From Candidatus Vogelbacteria bacterium (GTDB lineage Bacteria > Patescibacteriota > Minisyncoccia > Phycocordibacterales > XYD1-FULL-46-19), in the NCBI GenBank assembly GCA_903864935.1, contig CAIPHT010000006.1, positions 101,198 through 165,197 of the forward strand: a stretch of 64,000 nucleotides of DNA. The letters run 5' to 3'. Position numbers and translations under genes: made by a program. Of the stretch, positions 36,458 through 46,287 are shown piece by piece. Under the pieces are notes generated by a model, which worked only from the letters and a program-made list of their open reading frames with translations, was not told where the DNA came from and ran no database searches. Positions within the stretch are counted from its first letter, which is position 1. Each line of letters begins with the position of its first letter.

Positions 36458-36503
36458 AAAAGGTAACAATGCTGACGGTCGTCAGGGATGTTACCATTTT
36501 TTA
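36458..36503. terminator. hairpin family B, copy 2
   Basis: aaaaaggtaacaatgctgacggtcgtcagggatgttaccatttttt. Confidence 0.55.
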
Positions 36504-36553
36504 ATGGGAGAAGGTGTTTGTTTCTACTTTAAAATATCAAGAGAGTTGTAGGA

Positions 36554-38017
36554 CTATTTGTCCTTAGGGCGCATGAGCGGGAAAATCTGCGCTTCGCGGG
36601 TGGAGCGGTTGGCGAGGAAAGCAAAAACGCGTTCGCTCATACCGAAGCCACAAGTTGGCGGCATGCCATACTCTAGAGCTTCAACGAATTCTTCATCTTT
36701 CATCTGGGCCTCATCATCCCCGGCTTCACGCAATTTGGCCTGCTCATTGAAGCGCTCCATCTGATCGATCGGATCATTGAGCTCACTATAACCATTACCA
36801 AGTTCGGAACCAGCAATAATCGGTTGGAAGCGTTGGGTGCGGCGAGGATCTTTCTCATCACGTTTAGCGAGCGGAGAAATCTCAATCGGCACACCAACCA
36901 AGAAACCGGGACCGGCAATCTGCTTGCGACAATACTTCCACAAATTATCAATGGCGCGAGTAATATTAAAACCTTTTTTATCATAAACAATCCCGAGCTC
37001 TTTTAATTTAGCCTCAATTTCTTCAATCTTAGTTTCAAAAACATCAACCCCTGTCATCTTCTTCACTGTCTCGCGGAAGTCGTAGCGCTCCCACTTCTTA
37101 CCCAAGTCTACCTCGAATTCGCCAATCTTGAATTGTTGGGTGCCAAAAACTTCTTGCGCGACATGCTTGTATAATTCTTCTACCAATTGCATCCCTTGCT
37201 CGTAATCAGCATAGCCAAGATAAAATTCCATCTGCGAGTAATCCTGCACGTGCTCGGCATCCATGCCCTCGTTCCTAAATTGACGACCAATCTCGAAGGT
37301 GCGCGGGAAGCCAGCGACCATTAATTTCTTCTGCCAGAGTTCACCCGTCGAGATACGAAGGAAGACATCAATATCAAGAGCGTTGTGGTGAGTGACAAAA
37401 GGACGAGCATCGGCTCCGCCAGCGGTGTTTTCTAAAACCGGAGTCTCGACTTCAAGAAAATTTTTGCTTAAGAGAAAATTGCGAACCGCTTGCCAGAACC
37501 GGCCACGCTTTACCACCATGTCTCGGACGTCGTCATTTAAGAGTATATCAAGATAACGCTTGCGCAAACGCTCTTCGGTATCTTGAAAGCCGGACCATTG
37601 ATCTGGTAAGGGGCGCAAACTTTTGGCCAAAATCTTCCACCCTTCGGCCTCAACCGTTTTCTCGCCACGCTTGGTAGTAATAAGTTTGCCGGTCACCTGA
37701 ATAAAGTCACCAATATCAATGGTATCAGCTAAGAGTTCGAAGGTGTGGCCAAGATTATCTTCTTTGAGCAAGGTCTGGATTTTTACTCCGTTATCAAACA
37801 AATCAACAAAAATTAACCCACCCTGACGACGCAAGGCCATGATGCGCCCGCCAGTTGTAATGTCGTGACCCTTCGCAACAAATTGATCAAAATTGGTAAC
37901 CGCCTCCTCAATCGAAGTATTAATCTCTGTTTGCGCCGGATAAGGATTATAACCGCCCTCTCGGAGCAAGTTGAGTTTCTTTAAACGTTCATTTCGTAAT
38001 TCTTCGAGAGAGGCCAT
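36554..38017 (-). CDS. lysS: lysine--tRNA ligase (class II)
   Basis: OB-fold N-terminus, class II motifs (FRNEGMD...), 487 aa. Confidence 0.95.
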   Translation of the reverse strand: MASLEELRNERLKKLNLLREGGYNPYPAQTEINTSIEEAVTNFDQFVAKGHDITTGGRIMALRRQGGLIFVDLFDNGVKIQTLLKEDNLGHTFELLADTIDIGDFIQVTGKLITTKRGEKTVEAEGWKILAKSLRPLPDQWSGFQDTEERLRKRYLDILLNDDVRDMVVKRGRFWQAVRNFLLSKNFLEVETPVLENTAGGADARPFVTHHNALDIDVFLRISTGELWQKKLMVAGFPRTFEIGRQFRNEGMDAEHVQDYSQMEFYLGYADYEQGMQLVEELYKHVAQEVFGTQQFKIGEFEVDLGKKWERYDFRETVKKMTGVDVFETKIEEIEAKLKELGIVYDKKGFNITRAIDNLWKYCRKQIAGPGFLVGVPIEISPLAKRDEKDPRRTQRFQPIIAGSELGNGYSELNDPIDQMERFNEQAKLREAGDDEAQMKDEEFVEALEYGMPPTCGFGMSERVFAFLANRSTREAQIFPLMRPKDK

Positions 38018-38024
38018 TTAGAAT

Positions 38025-38489
38025 TTATTGGATATCAATGATTTTATATTTGTTCTCACCTTTGGGCGTACTAACAGCAACAATCTCACCGATCTTATGT
38101 CCGAGAAGAGCGGCCCCAAGCGGTGACTCGTGAGAAATTTTGCCAAGATTCATGTCAGCTTCTTCGGCACCAACGATCACAAATTTTTCTTCGTTACCGT
38201 TATCTCGCTTAGTCACAACTGTTGTGCCAACTTCAGCCTTGTCAGATTTGTGAGAAGAAATGATAATGCCATATTTAATAATTTCTTCTAATTCAGAGAT
38301 GCGATCTTCAACATCAGCCTGCTTATCACGAGCCTCGTGGTATTCGGCATTCTCGGAGAGGTCGCCTAGAGACTTGGCGTACTCTAAGTTCTCAGCAATT
38401 TTTTTGCGTTCAATAGTCTTAAGTTGTTTAAGCTCCTCTTTAAGAACATCGTATTTCTCCTGACTTAAATAGTGGGGGTTATTTGCCAT
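38025..38489 (-). CDS. greA: transcription elongation factor GreA
   Basis: Coiled-coil N-terminus plus FKBP-like C-terminus (VGTTVVTKRDNGNEEKFVIVG). Confidence 0.9.
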   Translation of the reverse strand: MANNPHYLSQEKYDVLKEELKQLKTIERKKIAENLEYAKSLGDLSENAEYHEARDKQADVEDRISELEEIIKYGIIISSHKSDKAEVGTTVVTKRDNGNEEKFVIVGAEEADMNLGKISHESPLGAALLGHKIGEIVAVSTPKGENKYKIIDIQ

Positions 38490-38518
38490 ATCGCCCTGTA
38501 TTATAGCAGATTAATTGT

Positions 38519-40222
38519 TTATTTCAAATATTCCGGCGCATAAATAGTCATCCAATCTAAAAGCTGCCGCACGGCCACGACACTCCCCACAGTGTTGGTG
38601 CGTTCCCCTTTCTCCATCACAACAGCAAAAGCATAGTGGGGCTTCTCGTAAGGCCAGTAACCAGCAATCCACGAATTAACACGAGTTTTGGTAATGCCAA
38701 TTTCGGCACTACCGGTCTTAGCGGCCACCGTGACATTGGGCAAATTAAGCGACTTCGCTGTGCCCTCTGTCACTGTCTGACGCATCCCTTCTCGAACCGC
38801 TTGCCAAACTGACGGATCGACAGTAATGGTACTAGAGGCCTTGGCTTGCTCTGGTTTAATCTTTACCACAGTGGGCTGAAGTAATTTACCACCATTAGCA
38901 ATGGCCGCATAAGCCCGAGCCAATTGAATTGGCGTAACCTGTACTCCATACTGACCAATCGCCGTATGGTAGGTATCACCAAGACGCCAGGCCTCACCCT
39001 TGAAGTTCTCCGCCTTCCATTCGGGACTAGGGATAGAGCCATCCTCCTCGCCCGGTAAATTAACCCCGGTCTTAGAAGCAAGTCCAAAGAGTCTAGAATA
39101 TTTCTCGATATTCAAAATACCCAAACCGGGTTGAGAACCGAAGCCACCACCAATGATGTAAAAATAGACATCGCAAGAGACAGCAATTGCTCGACGCAAG
39201 TCCACAGTCCCATTGTTCTGCCAATCTTTAAAAACGGTCTCTTTAGTTTTGTCATAAGGATTCGGCACCACCAATTTGCCGTTTGTCACAAAATTCTTAA
39301 GTGGATTAACAGTCTTCTCAGCGAGGGCACCGATAGCGACAAAAAGTTTGAAGGTCGAACCAGGGGCATAGAGTCCGCCAATCGAACGGTCCAACATAAA
39401 GTTATTACTATCAGTGAGATATTTTTTGATTAAAGATTTGTCTTGTCCTAAGGATAGCACGTTAGGATCATAGTCGGGATAACTGGTGATGGCTAAGATT
39501 TCGCCCGTCTCGACATCCATGACCACTCCCCCGCCTCCAGAGAAACCGTGGTCGAGAGCAATCTGCTTCATAAATTCGTAGAGCTTGGTCTGAACCTTGT
39601 TATCAATGGAGAGCTTCAGCTCTTGGCCAGGCACAGGCAACTTAACGATATGATCGGAGGCCAATTTGCCCGCAGCATTAACCTCAACAATTCTTACCCC
39701 TCTCTCCCCTAACAAATATTCATTATAAGTTCGCTCTACCCCATCACGCCCCAATAATTCTTGAGGATGATATTTTCCGGTAGAAAACTCTTCTTCATTG
39801 GGGAAACTAACATAACCGAGAAGATGGCCCAGCCCTGGAGTATCGAGATAAACACGATTGGGGCCGACACGTTTGTCGGTCGATGTCCCGTTATCAGTCC
39901 AAGCCAAGACCTTGCCGTTGCGATCATAGATATTGCCTCGCTCAGCAAAAATTGGAGTGAAATTCAAACTATTACTCTGGCTTCGCTCGGCATAATAATT
40001 ACCCTCAACGACCATCAACCAGAAAGTCCGACCAACAAAAGCCAAGAACAACAAGGTGCAAAAAATAAGTAGCCCATAGAAAGTCCGACGACTAATGGCT
40101 CGTTCGAGACGCCCTTCGAATTGTTGTTCGTCATACTTGGGCAAGTTGCTGGCATCAACAAAAATCTCGTCTGGTGACAAGTCAAAATTGCGAGATAACC
40201 TTTTCCTTTTAGTGAAAAACAT
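38519..40222 (-). CDS. mrdA: class B penicillin-binding protein 2 (elongasome transpeptidase)
   Basis: STFKLFV (SxxK), SxN, KTGSA; adjacent to mreDCB. Confidence 0.85.
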   Translation of the reverse strand: MFFTKRKRLSRNFDLSPDEIFVDASNLPKYDEQQFEGRLERAISRRTFYGLLIFCTLLFLAFVGRTFWLMVVEGNYYAERSQSNSLNFTPIFAERGNIYDRNGKVLAWTDNGTSTDKRVGPNRVYLDTPGLGHLLGYVSFPNEEEFSTGKYHPQELLGRDGVERTYNEYLLGERGVRIVEVNAAGKLASDHIVKLPVPGQELKLSIDNKVQTKLYEFMKQIALDHGFSGGGGVVMDVETGEILAITSYPDYDPNVLSLGQDKSLIKKYLTDSNNFMLDRSIGGLYAPGSTFKLFVAIGALAEKTVNPLKNFVTNGKLVVPNPYDKTKETVFKDWQNNGTVDLRRAIAVSCDVYFYIIGGGFGSQPGLGILNIEKYSRLFGLASKTGVNLPGEEDGSIPSPEWKAENFKGEAWRLGDTYHTAIGQYGVQVTPIQLARAYAAIANGGKLLQPTVVKIKPEQAKASSTITVDPSVWQAVREGMRQTVTEGTAKSLNLPNVTVAAKTGSAEIGITKTRVNSWIAGYWPYEKPHYAFAVVMEKGERTNTVGSVVAVRQLLDWMTIYAPEYLK

Positions 40223-40454
40223 ATAAACGCGTTTTAAGCCATTCGATAATCGGGATTAATAATAAAATTCCTAGCGTTAACCAGAGGACCGAACTATTTA
40301 AACTATAAAGCAATTCGTATAATAAAACAGCGATCACTCCTTCATAGTACCAAGGGAAATAGAGGACAAGCGCCAACAAAAAGATTGAGCTTATCCACCA
40401 AGGAAGAGCCACGGCCGAGAACAAAAGGAGAATAAAAAAACTAATTCTTGGCAT
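40209..40454 (-). CDS. small membrane protein, possible MreD
   Basis: 81 aa, three TM helices, located between mreC and the PBP2 gene. Confidence 0.4.
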   Translation of the reverse strand: MPRISFFILLLFSAVALPWWISSIFLLALVLYFPWYYEGVIAVLLYELLYSLNSSVLWLTLGILLLIPIIEWLKTRLYVFH

Positions 40455-41250
40455 TATAAATTTCTAACCACTTAAGCTGCCAAAGATTGACAGGCGTCTT
40501 AATCAGAATTACCTGATTGGGTTGACTCGGATTTTTGCTAATCGCTCTGACCGTGCCCACCAGTAGATTATTAAAAAGTGGAGCCGTAACTCGATCACCA
40601 ATAGAGATAACCGTATCTTTAGGTAGAGAGACGGCAAAATTACCGGCTCCCTCACCCAAGGCCTGCGCCGGGACATTCTTCGGACCAATAGAAACTGAGA
40701 TATTATTCTCAGCCGATAATAAACTAACTTTAGAATACCAGGCCCCCACTTCGGCCACACGGCCAACTAAGACGGTACGGTCGGTAACAGCCAGATCGCC
40801 AACCTTAATTTTTTTGGAAAGATTATTTTTGCCAACATCAATAAGCAGAGTTTGGTAAGGGACAAAATTAGGCAAGAAGATAACACTCCCAACTACCGGC
40901 AAGCCCTTATCTTTAGCTTTGCCAAAGAGGTTCCGCAAATAATCATTATCGCTCTTGAGCTGGTTCTTAGTTAGAAGCTCTGTTTTCAAACTACCGTTTT
41001 CTACTTGAAGACGACGATTCTCTATGGCCAAACTGTTCTTATTACGGAAAAAGTCAAAAATTGTTTGCCCGCCAGCAAAAAGACCCTCATTCGCCCACCA
41101 CAAAGGCCGGAAGATGAAGCTCGTTGGGCCAGAGAGCGGACGAAGCAGCACTCCACCCAAAAAATAAACTAGCACCAAAACAAAAAAGAAGGCGAGAATC
41201 TTCTGAATTAATTTTTTACGATTTTGTTGATAGTAATTACGTTTGATCAT
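40441..41250 (-). CDS. mreC: rod shape-determining protein MreC
   Basis: N-terminal TM, coiled coil, beta-rich C-terminus; downstream of mreB. Confidence 0.8.
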   Translation of the reverse strand: MIKRNYYQQNRKKLIQKILAFFFVLVLVYFLGGVLLRPLSGPTSFIFRPLWWANEGLFAGGQTIFDFFRNKNSLAIENRRLQVENGSLKTELLTKNQLKSDNDYLRNLFGKAKDKGLPVVGSVIFLPNFVPYQTLLIDVGKNNLSKKIKVGDLAVTDRTVLVGRVAEVGAWYSKVSLLSAENNISVSIGPKNVPAQALGEGAGNFAVSLPKDTVISIGDRVTAPLFNNLLVGTVRAISKNPSQPNQVILIKTPVNLWQLKWLEIYNAKN

Positions 41251-42303
41251 TTAACGCGGAGTTAATTCTTCTTCATTATCGATTAATATGTCACGATAGG
41301 CCTCAAAGTCATCGAGAATTACTCCCGTCCCACGCACCACCGCGGTGAGAGGGTCCTCGGCCAGGTGCACGGGGATCTCTAGCTCTTTGCTTAAGAGTTC
41401 GTCGAGACCACGAATTAGGGCTCCTCCGCCGGTAATCACCAAGCCTCGACGCATAATATCGGAGACAACTTCGGGAGGCGTCGCTTCTAAAACTTCTTTA
41501 ACTGCATCAACAAAAATAGTTAGGGAAGTAAAAATGGCTTCGCGCACATCCGAATCGGTAATAGCAACTTCACGTGGGAGACCAGTCACTAAGTCACGAC
41601 CACGAACAAGAGTTTCATTATTATCCTTCTGTTTCAAAACGGCGCCAATATTTATTTTGACTTCTTCGGCGGTGCGCTCACCCAACAAAATTTTGAACTC
41701 ATCGCGGACATAATTAATAATGTCCTGATTGAAGCGTTCGCCAGCGATCAAAAGATTCTTAACTTTAACCAAACCGCCAAGAGAGATAACCGCAATATCC
41801 GTTGTGCCCCCACCAATATCGACAATCATGTTACCAACTGGATCAAAAATCGGCATATTAATACCAATGGCCGCGGCCACTGGTTGCTCGACAATATGTA
41901 CCGCGCGCGCGCCGGCTGCCGTGGCCGCATCACGCACCGCCCGACGTTCAACGTTCGTAATACCAGACGGGACAGCAATGACAACACGAGGGCGAAAAAG
42001 ATTGCTACCAACTAAAGTGGCTGTTTTTTTCAAAAAATAGGCCAGCATCTCCTCGGCCACTTCATAATTAGAAATGACTCCTCCCACTAGAGGTTTAATC
42101 GCTTGAATGTGAGCTGGTGTGCGTCCAATCATCTGACTCGCATCATTGCCGACCGCCACCACGCGCCCCGTCTTCTGGTTCAATGCAACAATTGATGGTT
42201 CGGAGATAATGATCCCGTGACCCTTTACATACACTAAGGTATTAGAAGTACCCAGATCGATACCAACATCATTAGAAAACATTTTTGGTAATTGCCAGAA
42301 CAT
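41251..42303 (-). CDS. mreB: rod shape-determining protein MreB (actin homologue)
   Basis: IGIDLGTSNTLVYVKG...DIGGGTTDIAVIS. Confidence 0.95.
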   Translation of the reverse strand: MFWQLPKMFSNDVGIDLGTSNTLVYVKGHGIIISEPSIVALNQKTGRVVAVGNDASQMIGRTPAHIQAIKPLVGGVISNYEVAEEMLAYFLKKTATLVGSNLFRPRVVIAVPSGITNVERRAVRDAATAAGARAVHIVEQPVAAAIGINMPIFDPVGNMIVDIGGGTTDIAVISLGGLVKVKNLLIAGERFNQDIINYVRDEFKILLGERTAEEVKINIGAVLKQKDNNETLVRGRDLVTGLPREVAITDSDVREAIFTSLTIFVDAVKEVLEATPPEVVSDIMRRGLVITGGGALIRGLDELLSKELEIPVHLAEDPLTAVVRGTGVILDDFEAYRDILIDNEEELTPR

Positions 42304-42329
42304 ATCAATTTTTCTCGCTGAAATTAAAC

Positions 42330-43580
42330 TTATTTAACAATCTCAATTAATTCTTCTAAATTAACCATCCTCACTTCCCCACTCTGCCTTTCTTTAAGTT
42401 CGAAGCCCCCACTCGCCAGAGTCTTATCAGAAACAATAACCCGATAAGGCATGCCGAGCAAATCGGCATCAGCAAATTTCTCGCCCGCCCCCAGATTGCG
42501 ATCATCAAAGAGAACTTCGATCCCCAACTCACTAAAAACTCGGTATAAGTCTTCGGCCTCTGTATAAGCCTCACCACCCTCTGTCCCTAAAGCAACTAAG
42601 TGGACAGTAAATGGAGCAATATTTCGAGGCCAGACCAAACCGCGATCATCAGACATAACTTCAGCAATAGTTCCCATAAGACGGTCAACTCCGAGACCAT
42701 AACTCGCACCGATAGCCGGTTTTGTTTCTCCGTTTTCATCGATAAATTTTAGCCCCAAAGGCTCGGTATACCTTGTACCCAGTTTAAAAATATTGCCTGT
42801 CTCAATAGCTTTCTTCTCAACAAGATCGTCCATCCCGATACCAAATTCAGCTAAAATTTCTTCATCCAAGACCTCCTTGTTAATCGCAAATTTTTTCTCT
42901 TCATTGACATAGATAGTATCTTCACCCGCTTCAGACAAAGTTTGAAACTCATGGCTATACTTACTAAAAATACCGCCGCTAGCAAAAGTAAAATAAGTTA
43001 GCTCACCCAAGCCGACTCTCTCAAAGACCCTTTCATAAGCACCCTTAACTTTATCGTAGTAATCATTTAGGTCTTCTTCGTTGGCGTGGAAAGAATACAA
43101 ATCTTTCATCGTGAATTCTCGCCCACGCATAATACCACTCTTCGCTCGAATTTCGTTGCGAAATTTCTTCTGAATCTGATAGACAGACATTGGCAAATCT
43201 TTGTACGAACTGACGTGCCCGACAAGCATAGCCGTGATAGCTTCTTCATGAGTTAAACCCAAACCAAGCTTGCCACCAGATTTTAATTCTGTTTTAAACC
43301 AGTTATCAACAACTTCGTCATCCCAACGATTGGTCTTCTCGTAAAGTTCTGGATTCTGCAAGGTTGTCATCTGGACCTCAAGTCCTCCGACGGCATTCAT
43401 TTCTTCGCGAATAATATTTTTTATTTTTTCTAGGACAATAAGACCAAGAGGCAAGAAGGTGTAAACTCCAGCTAATTCTTTGCTAATAAAACCCGCTCGA
43501 ATTAAGAGTTTGGCATTCTCAGCCACCTCATCTTTAGGCGCTTCGCGCCTTGTTTTAGTAAACAATTGAGATTGTCGCAT
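42330..43580 (-). CDS. proS: proline--tRNA ligase (short form lacking the editing insertion)
   Basis: Class II motif 2 FRNEIRAKSGIMRGREFTMKD; C-terminal anticodon-binding domain; 416 aa. Confidence 0.9.
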   Translation of the reverse strand: MRQSQLFTKTRREAPKDEVAENAKLLIRAGFISKELAGVYTFLPLGLIVLEKIKNIIREEMNAVGGLEVQMTTLQNPELYEKTNRWDDEVVDNWFKTELKSGGKLGLGLTHEEAITAMLVGHVSSYKDLPMSVYQIQKKFRNEIRAKSGIMRGREFTMKDLYSFHANEEDLNDYYDKVKGAYERVFERVGLGELTYFTFASGGIFSKYSHEFQTLSEAGEDTIYVNEEKKFAINKEVLDEEILAEFGIGMDDLVEKKAIETGNIFKLGTRYTEPLGLKFIDENGETKPAIGASYGLGVDRLMGTIAEVMSDDRGLVWPRNIAPFTVHLVALGTEGGEAYTEAEDLYRVFSELGIEVLFDDRNLGAGEKFADADLLGMPYRVIVSDKTLASGGFELKERQSGEVRMVNLEELIEIVK

Positions 43581-43613
43581 ATGCCCCCATCTTAACCCAA
43601 AAGAGGAGGGGGG

Positions 43614-44612
43614 TCAAAGAACACCAATTTGCTCAATCTGCCGTTTTAAACCATACCCATTACCCCACCCCAGCATCCCCAAATATGATTGTAATATCTC
43701 CTCTTTACCACCGGCTTCTCTAATCTTCTTAAACATCCTTCTCTTGGTCGAAGTCCGCAAAACACAATGTTTATAGAAATGCACCCAGCCCAAAAAATCA
43801 ACGCCCGAAGAGAGCGTCTTGATGTAAACTTTATCAGGGTGCAGTTTTAGTTTAAGTTTTTCTGCTAGAAATTCGTCAACCTCAGTGAGAAGCTTTTCTA
43901 AATACTTTTTGTCACTCGACATAATCACAAAATCATCAGCATAACGGACATAATATTTAACTTTAAGCTGATGCTTCATAAATTGGTCAAAATCATTCAT
44001 GTAGATATTTACTAAAAGTTGCGAGGTCAAATTACCCAAGGGTAGACCTTTGCCTCTTTCAGTGCTGTGGAAACTTACAATAACTTGCTCAAGTAGCCAG
44101 ATAATATCAGGGTCTGGTTCAAACTTCTTCAAGATTTTAATCAAAACCTCGTGATCAATTGAAGCAAAGAACTTGCGCACATCACATTTCAAGACCCAAC
44201 AGGCCTGCGTATTGTTTTGTGAGACCTTCCGCCCAAATTCGGCAAATCGTTTAATTGCTCGGCGCGTGCCTTTGTTTAGACGACAAGAATATGAATCAAA
44301 AACAAATTTAGGGTTGAAGTGATAATACAGAACCCGATAAATAGCATGATGGAGTAGACGATCACGAACCGTGGCCTTGTGGATATCACGCGGTTTGGGA
44401 TCAGAAATTTTGAAGGCTTGATAAGAGCCATGGGCATAAATTTTGTTTTTGAGATCAGAATGGAGGGCAATGATATTACTCATGAGATTTCTCTCAAATT
44501 CTTGAACATCTTTTTTAGATTTTTTGTCTCTGATGAATTCCCGCCAAGCGCCTAGCAAATTATCAAGCGAGATGATATCCTCATATTTATGGATAAATTG
44601 AATTTTTCTCAC
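43614..44612 (-). CDS. reverse transcriptase of a diversity-generating retroelement (DGR RT), GTG start
   Basis: RT motifs: LPLGNLTSQLLVNIYMNDFD (DGR-type (I/L)GxxxSQ, not group II QGxxxSP), YVRYADDFVI (YxDD), KT...FLGW. 332 aa. TR/VR pair nearby. Confidence 0.85.
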   Translation of the reverse strand: MRKIQFIHKYEDIISLDNLLGAWREFIRDKKSKKDVQEFERNLMSNIIALHSDLKNKIYAHGSYQAFKISDPKPRDIHKATVRDRLLHHAIYRVLYYHFNPKFVFDSYSCRLNKGTRRAIKRFAEFGRKVSQNNTQACWVLKCDVRKFFASIDHEVLIKILKKFEPDPDIIWLLEQVIVSFHSTERGKGLPLGNLTSQLLVNIYMNDFDQFMKHQLKVKYYVRYADDFVIMSSDKKYLEKLLTEVDEFLAEKLKLKLHPDKVYIKTLSSGVDFLGWVHFYKHCVLRTSTKRRMFKKIREAGGKEEILQSYLGMLGWGNGYGLKRQIEQIGVL

Positions 44613-44625
44613 ACAACCAATAATA

Positions 44626-44634
44626 CCCCCCCCC
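44626..44634. repeat. homopolymeric C9 (G9 on the coding strand) in the RT 5' leader
   Basis: 9 consecutive C at 44626-44634, 14-22 nt upstream of the GTG start of the RT on the minus strand. Confidence 0.8.
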
Positions 44635-44733
44635 GCAAAATTACTACCACTTCTTCAGTATCTCAAATCAGCCTATCTTCTGTGGCATCAATATCACCAG
44701 GTTCTTCCCAAGGTTGAGCGGTTTTCTCTAGGT

Positions 44734-45006
44734 TTGAGAGTTGATAATTTATTTATTGAAACAATAGAAGCGGTTGCCAGTGCCTCTTTTTTGTCTCCAG
44801 TCGACAAGGCACCTTATGTTCGACTGGCCATAAGAAAAATGGATACAATAAAAGTTTTGTTATTGGTTTTATGGGAAACAAGGTCTCTGGATACTAAAAA
44901 ATATGCGGCCATATCTGTAAAACTAGAAGAGATTGGCAAAATGCTCGGTGGTTGGAGTGGCCAATTGCTAAAACAAAACTCCCCCGCAAAAACGGGAGAG
45001 AAATGA
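44734..45006 (+). CDS. avd: Avd-like accessory variability determinant (four-helix-bundle protein), non-ATG start
   Basis: C-terminus LEEIGKMLGGWSGQLLKQN resembles Bordetella bAvd IAEVGRILGSWIARVNRK. Frame open from 44602; first candidate start TTG 44734. Divergent to the RT and ends 5 nt before the TR. Confidence 0.45.
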   Translation: MRVDNLFIETIEAVASASFLSPVDKAPYVRLAIRKMDTIKVLLLVLWETRSLDTKKYAAISVKLEEIGKMLGGWSGQLLKQNSPAKTGEK

Positions 45007-45010
45007 AGGA

Positions 45011-45127
45011 GTTGCGGAAGGCAAACCAATCGTAGGAGTTGTCGAAGTTCTCGATCCAGTTGAGATTCGCCTTGCGCTTCGAGTCGTTCCACCAGACATA
45101 GCAGGCGTTGCGGTTGCCCTCGAAGGA
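45011..45127 (-). repeat. DGR template repeat (TR), 117 bp
   Basis: Aligns gap-free to 45495-45611 with 11 mismatches, all at T on the + strand (A on the sense/minus strand). Encodes an Asn(AAC)-rich segment if translated. Confidence 0.85.
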
Positions 45128-45490
45128 ATTGTGCGTGAGACTATCCGTACCACTGCCCTTTGAATACTCTCGGGGCTGTATATTATTCGGCATCTCTTCC
45201 AATAGAATTACTACTGGATACAATGCCCTAGTGACTCGCACCAAGTAGCTTCATTTTTTGTGAAGTGTCTGCATACATCACTCTATCCGAAACCGTAGTC
45301 GCGAATATTCTCAATGTATGGATACTGGATTCGGTAGAGAGAAACCGTAGTCGCTCACATATTCACCTACTACCACCAACTATCTTACCATAACTAATAC
45401 GAGCTCGGTATCCGCCAAAGCGAACACCGAGCCCAAGAGCTGAAGACCGAGGCCAAAGAACAGAAGTTCAAAGAGGCCCAGGCTTAAGGT

Positions 45491-46111
45491 CTACTTGCGG
45501 AAGGCAAACCAAGCGTAGGAGAAGTCGAAGACCTCGATCCAGTCGAGACCCGCCTCGCGCATCGAGTCGTTCCACCAGACATAGCAGGCGTCGCGGTTGC
45601 CCTCGAAGGAACAATCCGTCGTGGCCACCACGTACATCGGATTTTGCTCGAGCTGTTCGTGAAGCTTCGGGTGCTGTTCGCCAACGGCGAAGACTTCGCG
45701 CGGGTTGGTCCGCTTAAGGCCGTGAGCTCCCGCCCACACATTGGCCTTGTCCCAGTTGCCGTCGCCCTTCGGGAAGTTGAGAAGGATGAGTTCCTCCTCG
45801 ATGACTTCCCCGCCGACCGACGGATACTGACCGCCAACCTTGCGGACATTGTAGCTATCCGGCGTGTCGGGGCCAGCGGCACTCACGGCATCTTGCCACT
45901 CACGGCTCTGATCAACCTTGACCCTGAGAACGTGGACGCGCGCGCCTTCCGGCGGAGCAATGCCCCCCGATTCAAGTTTGAGAGAGTCGAGGAAGTGGCC
46001 AAAAGAACCGTCGTCGATGGCTTGCTGAAAACGATCACGACCCACCTGTTTCTCGTTGGCGATTTTGCGGAGACACTCCGCCTGGCTAACTGTTACGGGC
46101 TTGCGACTCAT
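45491..46111 (-). CDS. DGR target protein with C-terminal variable (C-type-lectin/FGE-like) domain
   Basis: C-terminus ...FEGNRDACYVWWNDSMREAGLDWIEVFDFSYAWFAFRK is encoded by the VR; GC about 58%. Confidence 0.8.
   Translation of the reverse strand: MSRKPVTVSQAECLRKIANEKQVGRDRFQQAIDDGSFGHFLDSLKLESGGIAPPEGARVHVLRVKVDQSREWQDAVSAAGPDTPDSYNVRKVGGQYPSVGGEVIEEELILLNFPKGDGNWDKANVWAGAHGLKRTNPREVFAVGEQHPKLHEQLEQNPMYVVATTDCSFEGNRDACYVWWNDSMREAGLDWIEVFDFSYAWFAFRK
45495..45611 (-). repeat. DGR variable repeat (VR) at the 3' end of the target gene
   Basis: Same 117-bp alignment. VR codons differ from TR only where the TR sense strand has A (AAC>GAC/GGC/GTC/TTC, AAG>ATG/GAG, GAC>GCC). Confidence 0.85.
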
Positions 46112-46287
46112 AACTTCACCTTGCCTTTCTCTCCTTTGTGTCTACCCTAAGACGCCGAGACAGTCGGTATCACGGGCGGACAAACTCAATGTACATACCT
46201 TGTGATTATACACCTAAATAGCCCTGCCTGTCAATAGCAGAAGGTAATCTCCCCCGAGACTAAGTCTCGGGGTAAAATAAGGCTATT

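Noticed and set aside
40509-42040. Several 85-122-aa ORFs in alternative frames inside mreC/mreB
   Set aside because: Embedded in strongly supported genes
44894-45244. 116-aa minus-strand ORF (and 44968..45153, 44814..45092)
   Set aside because: These are the DGR template repeat read in the same frame as the VR (Asn-rich). TR is non-coding.
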